20,446 bases of DNA, from the NCBI GenBank assembly GCA_963780225.1, contig CAWAAX010000002.1, positions 1 to 20,446 of the forward strand. The letters run 5' to 3'. The position numbers and the translations under genes were made by a program. Positions 7,749-16,601 of the stretch are shown here, one piece after another. The DNA is from an uncultured bacterium (GTDB taxonomy: Bacteria > Edwardsbacteria > AC1 > EtOH8). A model generated the notes under the pieces. That model searched no databases and was not told the DNA's origin. It was given only the letters and a program-made list of their open reading frames with translations. Each line of letters begins with the position of its first letter. The stretch's first letter is position 1.

Positions 7749-8687
7749 TTATTTTCGGATATTGGGATTGTTTAAAAAGTCACTGTAGGCCAGCTTCAAA
7801 CCTTCCTCCAATGGGGTGTGCTTGGTGAAGCCCAGGCCGTGCAACCGGGATACATCCAAAAGCTTCTGCGGCATGCCGTCCGGCTTGGCTGGATTCCACC
7901 GGATCTCGCCCTGGTAGCCCACTGCCCTGGCCACCAATATGGTCAGCTCTTTGATGGTCAGATCCTGCCCGCAGCCGATGTTCACGATCTGGCTGTCTTC
8001 ATAGTTCTGCATCAGATAGATGCAGGCCTCGGCCATGTCCTCGGAATAATAGAACTCCCGGCGGGGCGAACCGGTGCCCCAGGCTTCCACCCAGGGCTTG
8101 TGCTCCAGCTTGGCCTGGTGAAAACGGCTGATCAGAGCCGGCAGCACATGGGAATTGTCGGGGTGGTAGTTGTCGTTGGGACCGTAAAGGTTGGTGGGCA
8201 TCACCGAGATGAACTTGGTGCCGTATTGCCTGTTGTAGGCCTGGCACATCTTGATCCCGGCGATCTTGGCCACGGCATAGGGCTCGTTGGTGGGCTCCAG
8301 CCGCCCGGTCAGAAGGTATTCCTCCTTCATGGGCTGGGGGCAGTTCCGGGGATAGATGCAGGAGGATCCCAAAAACAGCAGCTTTTTGACCTTGTTCCGA
8401 TACGAGGCATGGATGACGTTGCATTCTATCAGCAGATTGTCGTAGATGAAATCGGCCGGATAGGTATCATTGGCATGGATGCCTCCCACCAGGGCCGCCG
8501 CCAGGAATACGTACTCCGGCTTTTCCCGATCGAAGAACGAATTAACCGCAGCCTGATCCCTTAGGTTCAACTCTTTCAGGTCCCTGACCAGGAAGTTTGA
8601 ATATCCCTGCTCCTTGAGTTTTTTCAGCATGGCCGATCCCACCAGCCCGGCATGGCCGGCAATATAAATTTTGGCGTTTTTATCCAT
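7749..8687 (-). CDS. fcl: GDP-L-fucose synthase (GDP-4-keto-6-deoxy-mannose 3,5-epimerase/4-reductase)
   Basis: [94 protein letters not shown] 8687 has GGAG upstream (track start 8720). Confidence 0.96.
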   Translation of the reverse strand: MDKNAKIYIAGHAGLVGSAMLKKLKEQGYSNFLVRDLKELNLRDQAAVNSFFDREKPEYVFLAAALVGGIHANDTYPADFIYDNLLIECNVIHASYRNKVKKLLFLGSSCIYPRNCPQPMKEEYLLTGRLEPTNEPYAVAKIAGIKMCQAYNRQYGTKFISVMPTNLYGPNDNYHPDNSHVLPALISRFHQAKLEHKPWVEAWGTGSPRREFYYSEDMAEACIYLMQNYEDSQIVNIGCGQDLTIKELTILVARAVGYQGEIRWNPAKPDGMPQKLLDVSRLHGLGFTKHTPLEEGLKLAYSDFLNNPNIRK

Positions 8688-8780
8688 TGCGTTTTCTCCG
8701 TATGTTACATATTCCGGCATTACTGAGATTCTTGTTGAAGAACCAGATTGGGGTTACTTTCAGTGTCCTCGGGTGGCCCG

Positions 8781-9815
8781 TCACTCCCGCCCGTTCCGGA
8801 GCAGGCATTTGGCGGCGAACTTGGCCAGCTGCAGCGGGTCAGGCGCCAATTTTCGGGAAAGACGGCCCTGCCAATATGTAGTCCAGGCCGCCGGGCCCAG
8901 GCGGGTATTCTGCAGGCAGGCACTCCTCCACTGAAAGGCCGCTGTTTGGTCAAATTCCTCTATCGGGTATAAATTTTTAATCCGGTTGGCCCGGACCAGG
9001 CTTTCCAGCAATTGGTGATAGCCCTGCAACTGTCTTCGATCGCCGGTAACGGCGGTGACATAGTGCATCAGCGTCTCGCAAGGCGAGAATTCCACCCCCA
9101 GTTTTTCCAGACTCTGCCGGTTGATTATCTTAATTATCTCTTTTTGCTGATTCTGGCTGCGGTTGGTGATGTTATCCCCGAAGAACCGGTAATCCAGCAA
9201 CACCTCGGGGATATTGGCCAGGTCGAAGCAAAAGCTGGCCTTCTGCCAGAATCCCCAGTCCTCCAGTCCCGCCAGGTGTTCCGGCTGATAGCTCAAACCG
9301 GCCGACCTTACGGCTTCCAGGCGCATCATCACCGAAGGGTTGGCCAGGGGCTGGTTAAATAACAGTCCGGCCTTGATGAGGGCGGGAGTGGTTGGATACT
9401 TTACGATCCTGCGGCCTCTGGCCGCCTTGTCCCGGTAGCAGACCCTGCTTACCCAGCTGCCGCAAGCTCCCACGTCAGGATGGGATTCCAAATACCGCAG
9501 CTGAATCAGCAAACGGTCAGGGAGGGAGACGTCATCGCAGTCCATATTGGCCAGATACTTCCCCCGGGCCAGTTCCAACCCCCGGTTGCGGGTGCAAGGA
9601 AGTTTCAGGTTGCCCCGGTTGCTCACCAATCTGATGCGAGGATCACTGTAGGAACGGATGATCTCCCCGCTTTGGTCGGTGGATCCGTCGTCTATTATCA
9701 AAAGCTCGAAATCGGAAAAGCTTTGGCTCAGCACGCTGTCCACCGCCTCCCGCAAAAAGCGCTGGCCGTTGTAAACGGGCATGAAGACGGTTATCAGGGG
9801 GGCTGCCTCGGCCAT
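8781..9815 (-). CDS. Glycosyltransferase family 2
   Basis: ITVFMPVYNG, LIIDDGSTD, RNRGLELARGKYLANMDCDD, LEDWGFW. Start ATG 9815 couples to the upstream stop (TGATG); the longer track ORF overlaps the upstream gene. Confidence 0.92.
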   Translation of the reverse strand: MAEAAPLITVFMPVYNGQRFLREAVDSVLSQSFSDFELLIIDDGSTDQSGEIIRSYSDPRIRLVSNRGNLKLPCTRNRGLELARGKYLANMDCDDVSLPDRLLIQLRYLESHPDVGACGSWVSRVCYRDKAARGRRIVKYPTTPALIKAGLLFNQPLANPSVMMRLEAVRSAGLSYQPEHLAGLEDWGFWQKASFCFDLANIPEVLLDYRFFGDNITNRSQNQQKEIIKIINRQSLEKLGVEFSPCETLMHYVTAVTGDRRQLQGYHQLLESLVRANRIKNLYPIEEFDQTAAFQWRSACLQNTRLGPAAWTTYWQGRLSRKLAPDPLQLAKFAAKCLLRNGRE

Positions 9816-10825
9816 CAATCCGCCCTCTGGTCCGGCGTTGCCGGAGCCCTTTCGACCAGTTTTATTTCCACCTCCTGATGGCAGCTGATGTTCTCGAAAC
9901 CGTACCAGGAACGGTAGTCCATTTGCCGGCCCTTTTGCCATTGCTCCAAAAGATAGTCCTGGTGGATGTTTCCGTGCAGGTTCTGATTGTCCTGTTGCAC
10001 CCGGTTGACCGGAAGGTTGAGAGTGCGCGACTTCCGATAGCACAGACCGGACCGCCATTGGAAATACGGGAGGTACTGCTGCAGGGCTGCTTCAAAGGTG
10101 TTGGGCGAGCGGTGGTCCAGGTTTTGGGCCAGCAGCCTGATTTCGGGGGCCCAGAATATGTGTCCGTCCAGCGACAGCGGATAAGCCCAGTCCAGCCTGC
10201 CTTGGCGCCAGTCGAATTCCAAGAGATCGACCGAGACCTCCCTTAAGACCGGCGGGGGTTGGGGTGACTGGGTAGTGTAGGCCATCTTTAAATTGGTTCC
10301 CAGCCTCAGGCTGGCGATGGAATTCCGGGGATCAAAATCCATGAGGCGGGAAAGCTCCACCGGCCGGATGAACAACATGTCATCTACCAGGAAAAATATC
10401 CTGGCGGTTTTAGTTTTATCGAGGATCCCAACCAACTGCTCCCTGAACGGCAGAGTTCCGTCCTCGAACACCGCCTCCAGCGGCCTGGCCCCGAAAGCTT
10501 CGAAAACCTGGCCGTAGGCCGCCTGGTGCCCGGCAGTGGAAGCGGCATAGAGCACGGTCAAGGGCGCCGGATCGCTCACCTGCTCGTAGTAGGAACTTAA
10601 CAGGGCGTGCAGCTGCAGGGCCCGGTCCTTGGAGAATACCACCCCGGCCAAGCTCCGGCCGCATTCCTCCCCGGCGGCCTGGGCGTGCAATTGCAGCATC
10701 TGCCGGGCGGTTTTAAGCTCCCTGGCCCCATTGGCCAGCTCCGCGGCCCTGACCAGCGCCAGGCTAAAGGGCGAGGACAGCCGGTTCAAAACCTTGAGCA
10801 TTATGTTTTTGGTTTGGTTTCCCAT
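9815..10825 (-). CDS. Putative GT-A-fold glycosyltransferase of uncertain family
   Basis: VVFSKDRALQLHALLSS strand-helix start, IFFLVDD (DxD-like), WAYPLSLDGHIF; tightly coupled within the operon. Confidence 0.6.
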   Translation of the reverse strand: MGNQTKNIMLKVLNRLSSPFSLALVRAAELANGARELKTARQMLQLHAQAAGEECGRSLAGVVFSKDRALQLHALLSSYYEQVSDPAPLTVLYAASTAGHQAAYGQVFEAFGARPLEAVFEDGTLPFREQLVGILDKTKTARIFFLVDDMLFIRPVELSRLMDFDPRNSIASLRLGTNLKMAYTTQSPQPPPVLREVSVDLLEFDWRQGRLDWAYPLSLDGHIFWAPEIRLLAQNLDHRSPNTFEAALQQYLPYFQWRSGLCYRKSRTLNLPVNRVQQDNQNLHGNIHQDYLLEQWQKGRQMDYRSWYGFENISCHQEVEIKLVERAPATPDQRAD

Positions 10826-10826
10826 G

Positions 10827-11669
10827 CTAAATTTTTGACAGGCCTTTTGTTAATCTGCGGGCCAGCACCGGGAGATTTTTTAGGATGCTATCCCGGTACC
10901 GTTCGACAAAAACCGGGTTGAGCCGGTTTCTGAACAGCACCACGTTGTCGGAAAACCCCTGTTGCACCAGCAGGTCCGCGGTCACCTCGGTGAACATCAG
11001 GGACATCAGTTCCCGGGTATTATGCTCGTCGAAAACGTGAAAATGCATGTAGGGATACTCCACCGGGTACTTGTGGTGGAATTCCCGCTGCCAACCGTGC
11101 TTTTCTATGGCCGACTGGATGTAGTCCTGGTTGTGGCTTTGGTCGGACCGGTCAGCGCCCTTGACGAAATCATCGATCATGTGCGCCGCCTCAGTCGGAG
11201 CCCTGAATTTATCGAAGGTGTACTGGTAATGGGGAATGGCGTGAAATTGCCAGCCCCCCTCCCTGGTTATCAAATAAAAATTCAAGAGCAGCAGCACCGG
11301 ATTGGGGGAATGCTCCAGCAGGTTGGAAGAGACGGAGGCATCGTAGCGCCCTTCCAGCTCCGGGAACTTGAAGGCCTGGTGCATATCGGCAATAATGGTC
11401 TTGCGATCCCGGGGCACGGCCGGGCCGTGCCGCAAGAACTGCAGCTCCTGCCGGGCATGGCGGGCCAAGTTCCGGCATTGGTGGATTAGGCTGGTGGCGC
11501 TGCCAAAAGCGGCCACCCTCCCAAAACCCCCGTCCAGCAGGTTGATGTCCACCACCCGGCAGCCCCGGTAATCAATCAGCTGGTTGACCATCCCCCCCGC
11601 CCTGGCCACCAGCCCCTGGATGTTTTCTTTTACCTTGGATCCTATGTCGGTGTTAAGCAACAGCGGCAT
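10827..11669 (-). CDS. Putative class I SAM-dependent methyltransferase, divergent
   Basis: IIADM, YDASVSSNLLEHSPNP...LITREGG (matches the FD.V.S...LEH..NP...RVL..GG pattern), TFDKFRAPT, HFHVFD. Motif I is not canonical. Confidence 0.65.
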   Translation of the reverse strand: MPLLLNTDIGSKVKENIQGLVARAGGMVNQLIDYRGCRVVDINLLDGGFGRVAAFGSATSLIHQCRNLARHARQELQFLRHGPAVPRDRKTIIADMHQAFKFPELEGRYDASVSSNLLEHSPNPVLLLLNFYLITREGGWQFHAIPHYQYTFDKFRAPTEAAHMIDDFVKGADRSDQSHNQDYIQSAIEKHGWQREFHHKYPVEYPYMHFHVFDEHNTRELMSLMFTEVTADLLVQQGFSDNVVLFRNRLNPVFVERYRDSILKNLPVLARRLTKGLSKI

Positions 11670-12902
11670 TTAAATCATTTCCTTCAGTTGCAGGGCAAAC
11701 TGCTCGGCCCGGTGAAAGGTGGTATGGCCGGCAAACACTTGGCGCTGGGCTTTCAGGGCTTTTTCCTCAGCCTCTCCGGGATGGGCCAGAATATAGTCGA
11801 ACAACTGATAGTATTCTTCGGGCGAGCCTCCCGAAAAGAAGCATTCCGGCCCGAATCTTTTAGTGAGCAGGGCAGGAGCATCTATCAATTGCGGCACTCC
11901 GCAGGCCGCCAATTGGTAGGTCCTTTCATTGAGCTCGCAGGGCCAGTCGATCTGCTCCTGCAGATGCAGGTTCAACCCCACTTTTGCCCGGGCGTACAGG
12001 AACCTGTCCCGATCAGGAACGATTTCCTTTCCCCGGCTGAAGCCCCATCCTGGACCGTCGAGATAACCGTATTTCCCCGCCACGATGGGTTTTAAATAGG
12101 AAAAATAACGTGGCCACTTGTCCTGATTGACCGAAGCCAGAAACACATAATCCAAGTCCCGGGCCAGGCCCGGCACCGGGTAATAGAGCAGCGGATTGGC
12201 CCCGAATTCCACCGTCAATATTCTGAATCCCCGGTCGTGGAACGGCCGGTATTCCTCCCGGTTCTTCAGGTAACCGGGGTCCCTGAAACTATAGTAAAAA
12301 TCGATGCCGTTTTCTTTTGCCCACTCCAGCCTGCCCCCCAACGGCGAATTGCCATATTGTTCCAGCGAAGCAGTTAAGCCCACCGCCAGCCCGTGGGCGT
12401 TTTTATATTTTTTCAGGGCCGGCCAGTCGATGCGGTCTAAATACATCGGGTGGTCGCTGGTAATCAACACCGTTGGCTTGAACTCTGACAGGGCCTCCGT
12501 GGCGTCGCCTTCCCAATCCAGCCTCTTTGACGCTATCCCCAAATAGTCCAGACTTTGGACCAGATTGGAAAAGAGCGAATTCCCCCCGGGCGAAAAGCAG
12601 GACGGCGGTACATGGACCAGGATCCTCAAGCCTTCCAGGGAAGCGCACTTGCCTTTGAAGTCCGCCAGGGTTTGCCGGAGCAGCTTGAAGCCCTGGGAGA
12701 CTACCGGGTCCTTTGAACCAAGATATAGTTCTTCCGTTATCCGGCCACCGGCCTTTTCGGCGCATTGGTCGGCCCACTCTCCGAGCTTGGCATGGCTGCC
12801 CTTGGTGCTGGAGTTGATTCCGGCTTCAAACCGCCTGATCCGGAAAAGATTCCAATACCGTTTCGCCCGGAGCGCCAGGGAAATCACCTTTGGATGCATC
12901 AT
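11670..12902 (-). CDS. Glycosyltransferase, CgeB/Glyco_trans_1_2-like (GT-B C-terminal domain)
   Basis: FGANPLLYYP, DYVFLAS, LYARAKVGLNLH, LNERTYQLAACGVPQLID, HTTFHRA. ATG 12902 (or 12899) overlaps the upstream TGA. Confidence 0.8.
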   Translation of the reverse strand: MMHPKVISLALRAKRYWNLFRIRRFEAGINSSTKGSHAKLGEWADQCAEKAGGRITEELYLGSKDPVVSQGFKLLRQTLADFKGKCASLEGLRILVHVPPSCFSPGGNSLFSNLVQSLDYLGIASKRLDWEGDATEALSEFKPTVLITSDHPMYLDRIDWPALKKYKNAHGLAVGLTASLEQYGNSPLGGRLEWAKENGIDFYYSFRDPGYLKNREEYRPFHDRGFRILTVEFGANPLLYYPVPGLARDLDYVFLASVNQDKWPRYFSYLKPIVAGKYGYLDGPGWGFSRGKEIVPDRDRFLYARAKVGLNLHLQEQIDWPCELNERTYQLAACGVPQLIDAPALLTKRFGPECFFSGGSPEEYYQLFDYILAHPGEAEEKALKAQRQVFAGHTTFHRAEQFALQLKEMI

Positions 12903-13786
12903 TTGCGGCCAGCGCCGATGGATTTTATTAGGCAGCGCAACTTTCGGAGGACCATTCTTATTGGTCCTGTCTTTTCCTGGGGAACCCAGCTGCAGGCCCA
13001 ATAATGCAGGCAGTATGATTCGGACCGGATATAGGAGCGTATTTTTTCGTGATCCCTTTCAAAACGCCGGCACCCCGGAAAGGGGTAAAAATATGTGACC
13101 GGCAAGGCAACTATTTTTTCCCCCTTCAACCCGGGAGCGGCCCGCATGAAGCACCGGGTGAAATAATCGGGACCGGTGGTGTCCATGATCTGGTCGGCAT
13201 TTTGGGAAGCTGGGGCCGAAGCCTGACACTGGACCGAGTCCAGGCACCGGCCTATGATTGGATGCCCGGGGGCGGCCCCGATCAGGCCATTGAACAACAG
13301 GGGATGCCGCTGGTAACCGACACCGGTATAGAACGAATAGCCTGAATGCAGGGAATCAAATGGTTTCAGGCACTCGAAGTCCACATCGACATACAGGCCG
13401 CCGTATTGGAACAGTATCTCATACCGCAGGAGATCGGACTTGTTGCCGTAGTTGGGCATTTTATCAAACAGAGTCCTGTTCCTTATTTTCAAACCGTCCA
13501 CATCGGCATCGCCCCAAAGCCTAAGCTCCCAGGCGGGGTGGAGCCGGGCCCAACTTTGCCGGTATTCCTTGAACCGATCAGGGAGCTCCCCACCCAGCCA
13601 TATCTGGTGTATTGTCCGGGGGATGGTCTCCTGGGCGGTCTTACCCGGAAGACGGTCCAGATAATTGTCCTGATACAACTTCTTCAGAAACAGCCATTCT
13701 TGGTCCTGACCTGCGAACGCCTGGTCGTAGGCCTCTGACGGCTGCATCGAAACGTCAAATGACACTGGTGGATTTATTTTATTCAT
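12899..13786 (-). CDS. DxD glycosyltransferase, GT32/OCH1-like (Gly_transf_sug domain)
   Basis: IPRTIHQIWLG, SWARLHPAWELRLW, KSDLLRYEILFQYGGLYVDVDFECLKPFD, TTGP, HYWACSW. Confidence 0.92.
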   Translation of the reverse strand: MNKINPPVSFDVSMQPSEAYDQAFAGQDQEWLFLKKLYQDNYLDRLPGKTAQETIPRTIHQIWLGGELPDRFKEYRQSWARLHPAWELRLWGDADVDGLKIRNRTLFDKMPNYGNKSDLLRYEILFQYGGLYVDVDFECLKPFDSLHSGYSFYTGVGYQRHPLLFNGLIGAAPGHPIIGRCLDSVQCQASAPASQNADQIMDTTGPDYFTRCFMRAAPGLKGEKIVALPVTYFYPFPGCRRFERDHEKIRSYIRSESYCLHYWACSWVPQEKTGPIRMVLRKLRCLIKSIGAGRK

Positions 13787-14540
13787 GGCGGTTTGTGATG
13801 GTCTTTTTTATCTTTTTGTAAAACTGGTAGGGCCCGCTATTAATGAGATATCGCTTTATCGCCAACACCCCGGAAATGAATTCCGACCGGGCTTTGGCTT
13901 GCTCCCTTTGGATTTCCGGCAGGTTATCCTGATTGCAGCTTATCCCATAGGTATTGGCCACGGAAACTATCACCGGCCTGTAGCAAACCTTGGCCTTGTA
14001 TTTGATCAGCTCCCGCATAAAAAAGGCATGGTCGGCCACGAATTTATATGACTGATCATACAGGCCATGGTCCAAAAACAGCTGGCGTTTTATGAACGCG
14101 GCCGGATGGGGAAGGCTGGTGCCAAGTATGTAATCGCCATTCACCTTGGTCAGGGCCATGTTCCATAATGTTTTTTGACCCTGACGCTCAAACAGCATAT
14201 CTCCGTACAAAATATCGGCCTGGGGTGGCACGGAGAACACTTTTTCTAGTACGGCCTCGTCCTGGAGATAATCGCCTCCGTTCAGAAAAAGCAGATACTC
14301 GCCGGAGGCCAGCCCTATCCCTTTGTTCATAGCGGCATAAATGCCGCTATCCTTCTCTGAAACAATCGTCTGGATAAGATGCCGATAGCCGTTGATGATT
14401 TCCACCGTCCGGTCTGCCGATTGGCCATCGATTACTATATATTCCAAGTCTTTAAATGTTTGATTCGTGACGCTTTCGATGGTCTTGGCAATATATTTTT
14501 CTTCGTTGAGACAGACTGTTATAACGCTTAGGCGGGGCAT
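13779..14540 (-). CDS. Glycosyltransferase family 2 (WcaE/WfgS-like)
   Basis: LSVITVCLN, EYIVIDGQSADRT, SEKDSGIYAAMNKG, FLNGGD, LPHPAAF. Confidence 0.92.
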   Translation of the reverse strand: MPRLSVITVCLNEEKYIAKTIESVTNQTFKDLEYIVIDGQSADRTVEIINGYRHLIQTIVSEKDSGIYAAMNKGIGLASGEYLLFLNGGDYLQDEAVLEKVFSVPPQADILYGDMLFERQGQKTLWNMALTKVNGDYILGTSLPHPAAFIKRQLFLDHGLYDQSYKFVADHAFFMRELIKYKAKVCYRPVIVSVANTYGISCNQDNLPEIQREQAKARSEFISGVLAIKRYLINSGPYQFYKKIKKTITNRHE

Positions 14541-14541
14541 G

Positions 14542-15705
14542 TTAAACCAATTTCCGGTATAAGGTTAATGTTTGCTGGGCGGTGTTTGCCCATGAATATT
14601 TTAAAGCCTGTTTTAAGCCCCTGGCCTTTAGTGTTGTTCTCAAGCGCTCATCGCCGGTGATTTTTTTCACAGCCAACACCAGAGCGGCTGCATCCTTGGG
14701 TTCATAATATAGCACCGCATCGCCTCCTATTTCCGGCAGGGCTCCCTTGTTGCTGGCCAGCACCGGACAACCGCAGTTCATCGCCTCCAGCAAGGGCAGG
14801 CCAAACCCCTCATAAAGGGATGGAAGAATAAATAGGCAGGCCTGAGTATATAGCTGTTTAAGCGCGGCGTCATCGGCTCGGTGATGGAATACCTTGTTGG
14901 CCAGCCCCAGGCCTGCCAGCAGCCTCGCCTCCTGCTGATCAAAAATCCCGCCCCCGGCGCACACCAAAGTCATGCTGTCATCATTTTTTAGCAACTTTTC
15001 AAGGGCCAGCACGGTAAAATAAAAATTTTTATAGCCGTTCCGTTTGCCCACATACAGGAGATACCGTTTCGGCAGCGACAGTGGAAAGGCGATCTCGCCC
15101 CCCAATCCTTCCAGGGGATTACCGAGATAAATCACGGTAACTTTGCCCGGGTCAACATCATAAAATGTTATAATATCCCTTTTGGTCTCATTGGATATTG
15201 CAATAATAGCATCAGCCCGATGAATCAACTGTTTTTTCTTTTTCCGGATTTCATCACCCAAGGGGAAGTGTTCAGGATATAATTCATGGATCATGTCATA
15301 AACCGTGATTACCAAAGGACGCCGCAAACTTTGGATGTAGTAAGTATCGTAGTAGGTGGGATGGAAAATGTCATAATCGTAGTTTTGCAGACGCCGGATG
15401 CTGGAGGATAGGTTTTTCCTCCTAGAGACGTTTTCATTTCTTAATACCCCCATAGCCAGCAAAGTTCTTTCGGCCCTTTTCCGCAGTCTTTCGGAGTCCT
15501 TGTTCCCCAGGATAGCATTGAGGGGCAGCACTTCAAGCCCTTTGCCCCCCTGGTCTTTGAGATACGTGTTGTCGGAATACTTCAGACTAAGCTCCGCCTC
15601 TATTCCGGGGTTGCTGTTCAAATGCCGTATCAGCTCAAAATAGTATCTAGATATCCCGCCGTAATTTTGTTCGGCAAATATCTGGTGATCAAATAATACT
15701 TTCAT
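14542..15705 (-). CDS. Glycosyltransferase family 4 (MtfB/WbdB-like)
   Basis: MKVLFDHQIF..QNYGGISRY, IFHPTYY, ITVYDMIHE, YVGKRNGYKNF, LPSLYEGFGLPLLEAM, YSW. Confidence 0.93.
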   Translation of the reverse strand: MKVLFDHQIFAEQNYGGISRYYFELIRHLNSNPGIEAELSLKYSDNTYLKDQGGKGLEVLPLNAILGNKDSERLRKRAERTLLAMGVLRNENVSRRKNLSSSIRRLQNYDYDIFHPTYYDTYYIQSLRRPLVITVYDMIHELYPEHFPLGDEIRKKKKQLIHRADAIIAISNETKRDIITFYDVDPGKVTVIYLGNPLEGLGGEIAFPLSLPKRYLLYVGKRNGYKNFYFTVLALEKLLKNDDSMTLVCAGGGIFDQQEARLLAGLGLANKVFHHRADDAALKQLYTQACLFILPSLYEGFGLPLLEAMNCGCPVLASNKGALPEIGGDAVLYYEPKDAAALVLAVKKITGDERLRTTLKARGLKQALKYSWANTAQQTLTLYRKLV

Positions 15706-15710
15706 AGCCT

Positions 15711-16520
15711 TTAAACAACCTTCCCCAAGGTGCGTTGCTCGCTTATCTTCAAATGATCATCCTGGGTCAAGCTTTTTACGCCCTTTTTCGATTTAGCGAA
15801 AAGGCTGTCTTGCGCTTTTGGCCGCATCAAACCCCTCAGTTTTCCCGAATTTATTTGACGCTTGGTCATAAGGTGCATGTTCTCCGATAGCTGATGGTAT
15901 TCAAGCCCAAATATTTCAGCCAGGATTTTCAGAGAAGCAACGGTGTAAAATGATATGTGTTGGCCATGGGACCTCCCGTAATACCACCACTTCTCGGGTT
16001 TGGGCGGCGGTTCGGGCAGTAGGATTGTGGAAAACATCAGGTCGTCGGATATGTCCAGCATTTTTTTTACTTCTCCTACGGGATCGGCGAAGTGTTCAAA
16101 ACATTCGAAAGCTGTCAGCAACACCACTTTTCCATTTTCGGCCCGGTATTCGAACCCCTGGGCCAGCAAATTTTGGGAAAATGGGTCGTGCCAGTAAAAA
16201 TTAAATCCAATATCCCTCATTAAACGCACAAAAATACCATAGCCTCCGGCATAGTCAACAAAGGAGTTCTGGGAATGGAAGACCTGAGAAATAACAATCG
16301 CTGTGGTCCGGGAAAATTCGATGTTTCGAGCCAGTATTCCGGTATCTTCTGGATTAATGGTTTGCTGATAGGCTTCGTTTAACCAATAAGGCGCTTCGGT
16401 CTGGATAAAGCCGCAATGGGAACAACGGAAATAGTTGACCTCGTGTTTTCCCAGTATCCTGGTTTTTGCCCAAAACGGAGAAACAGACGAGCATATACGG
16501 CAGGTGGCACTGGTGTTCAT
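15711..16520 (-). CDS. Class I SAM-dependent methyltransferase with N-terminal CxxC...CxxC (probable Zn site)
   Basis: CRIC...CSHC, FVDYAGGYGIFVRLMRD (motif I), TAFECFEHFADP, WWYY, GQHISFYT. Confidence 0.88.
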   Translation of the reverse strand: MNTSATCRICSSVSPFWAKTRILGKHEVNYFRCSHCGFIQTEAPYWLNEAYQQTINPEDTGILARNIEFSRTTAIVISQVFHSQNSFVDYAGGYGIFVRLMRDIGFNFYWHDPFSQNLLAQGFEYRAENGKVVLLTAFECFEHFADPVGEVKKMLDISDDLMFSTILLPEPPPKPEKWWYYGRSHGQHISFYTVASLKILAEIFGLEYHQLSENMHLMTKRQINSGKLRGLMRPKAQDSLFAKSKKGVKSLTQDDHLKISEQRTLGKVV

Positions 16521-16545
16521 GATATCAGAATTCCATTTTCATGTT

Positions 16546-16575
16546 ATTATAGCCGGCCTGGAAATTAATTGTCCC
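16546..16575 (-). promoter_or_regulatory. Possible internal sigma70-type promoter
   Basis: On the - strand: GGGACA (16575-16570), 18-nt spacer, perfect TATAAT (16551-16546), 25 nt upstream of the methyltransferase ATG. Confidence 0.35.
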
Positions 16576-16601
16576 AGACACCGTTCGTTACCAAATGTTC
16601 A

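Noticed and set aside
8698..8717. TATGT-T-ACATA palindrome upstream of fcl as an operator
   Set aside because: Only 5-bp arms, easily due to chance, and no regulator gene is in view.
9816..10058. Long N-terminal extensions of track ORFs (8781-10058, 11670-13001, 18279-19676)
   Set aside because: The extensions overlap upstream genes and lack family similarity. Internal ATGs give typical TGATG/ATGA coupling.
1290..16068. Homopolymer runs (G7 at 1290-1296, C7 at 11592-11598, T8 at 16061-16068) as phase-variation switches
   Set aside because: The runs are short, the reading frames are intact, and there is no evidence of variation from a single sequence.
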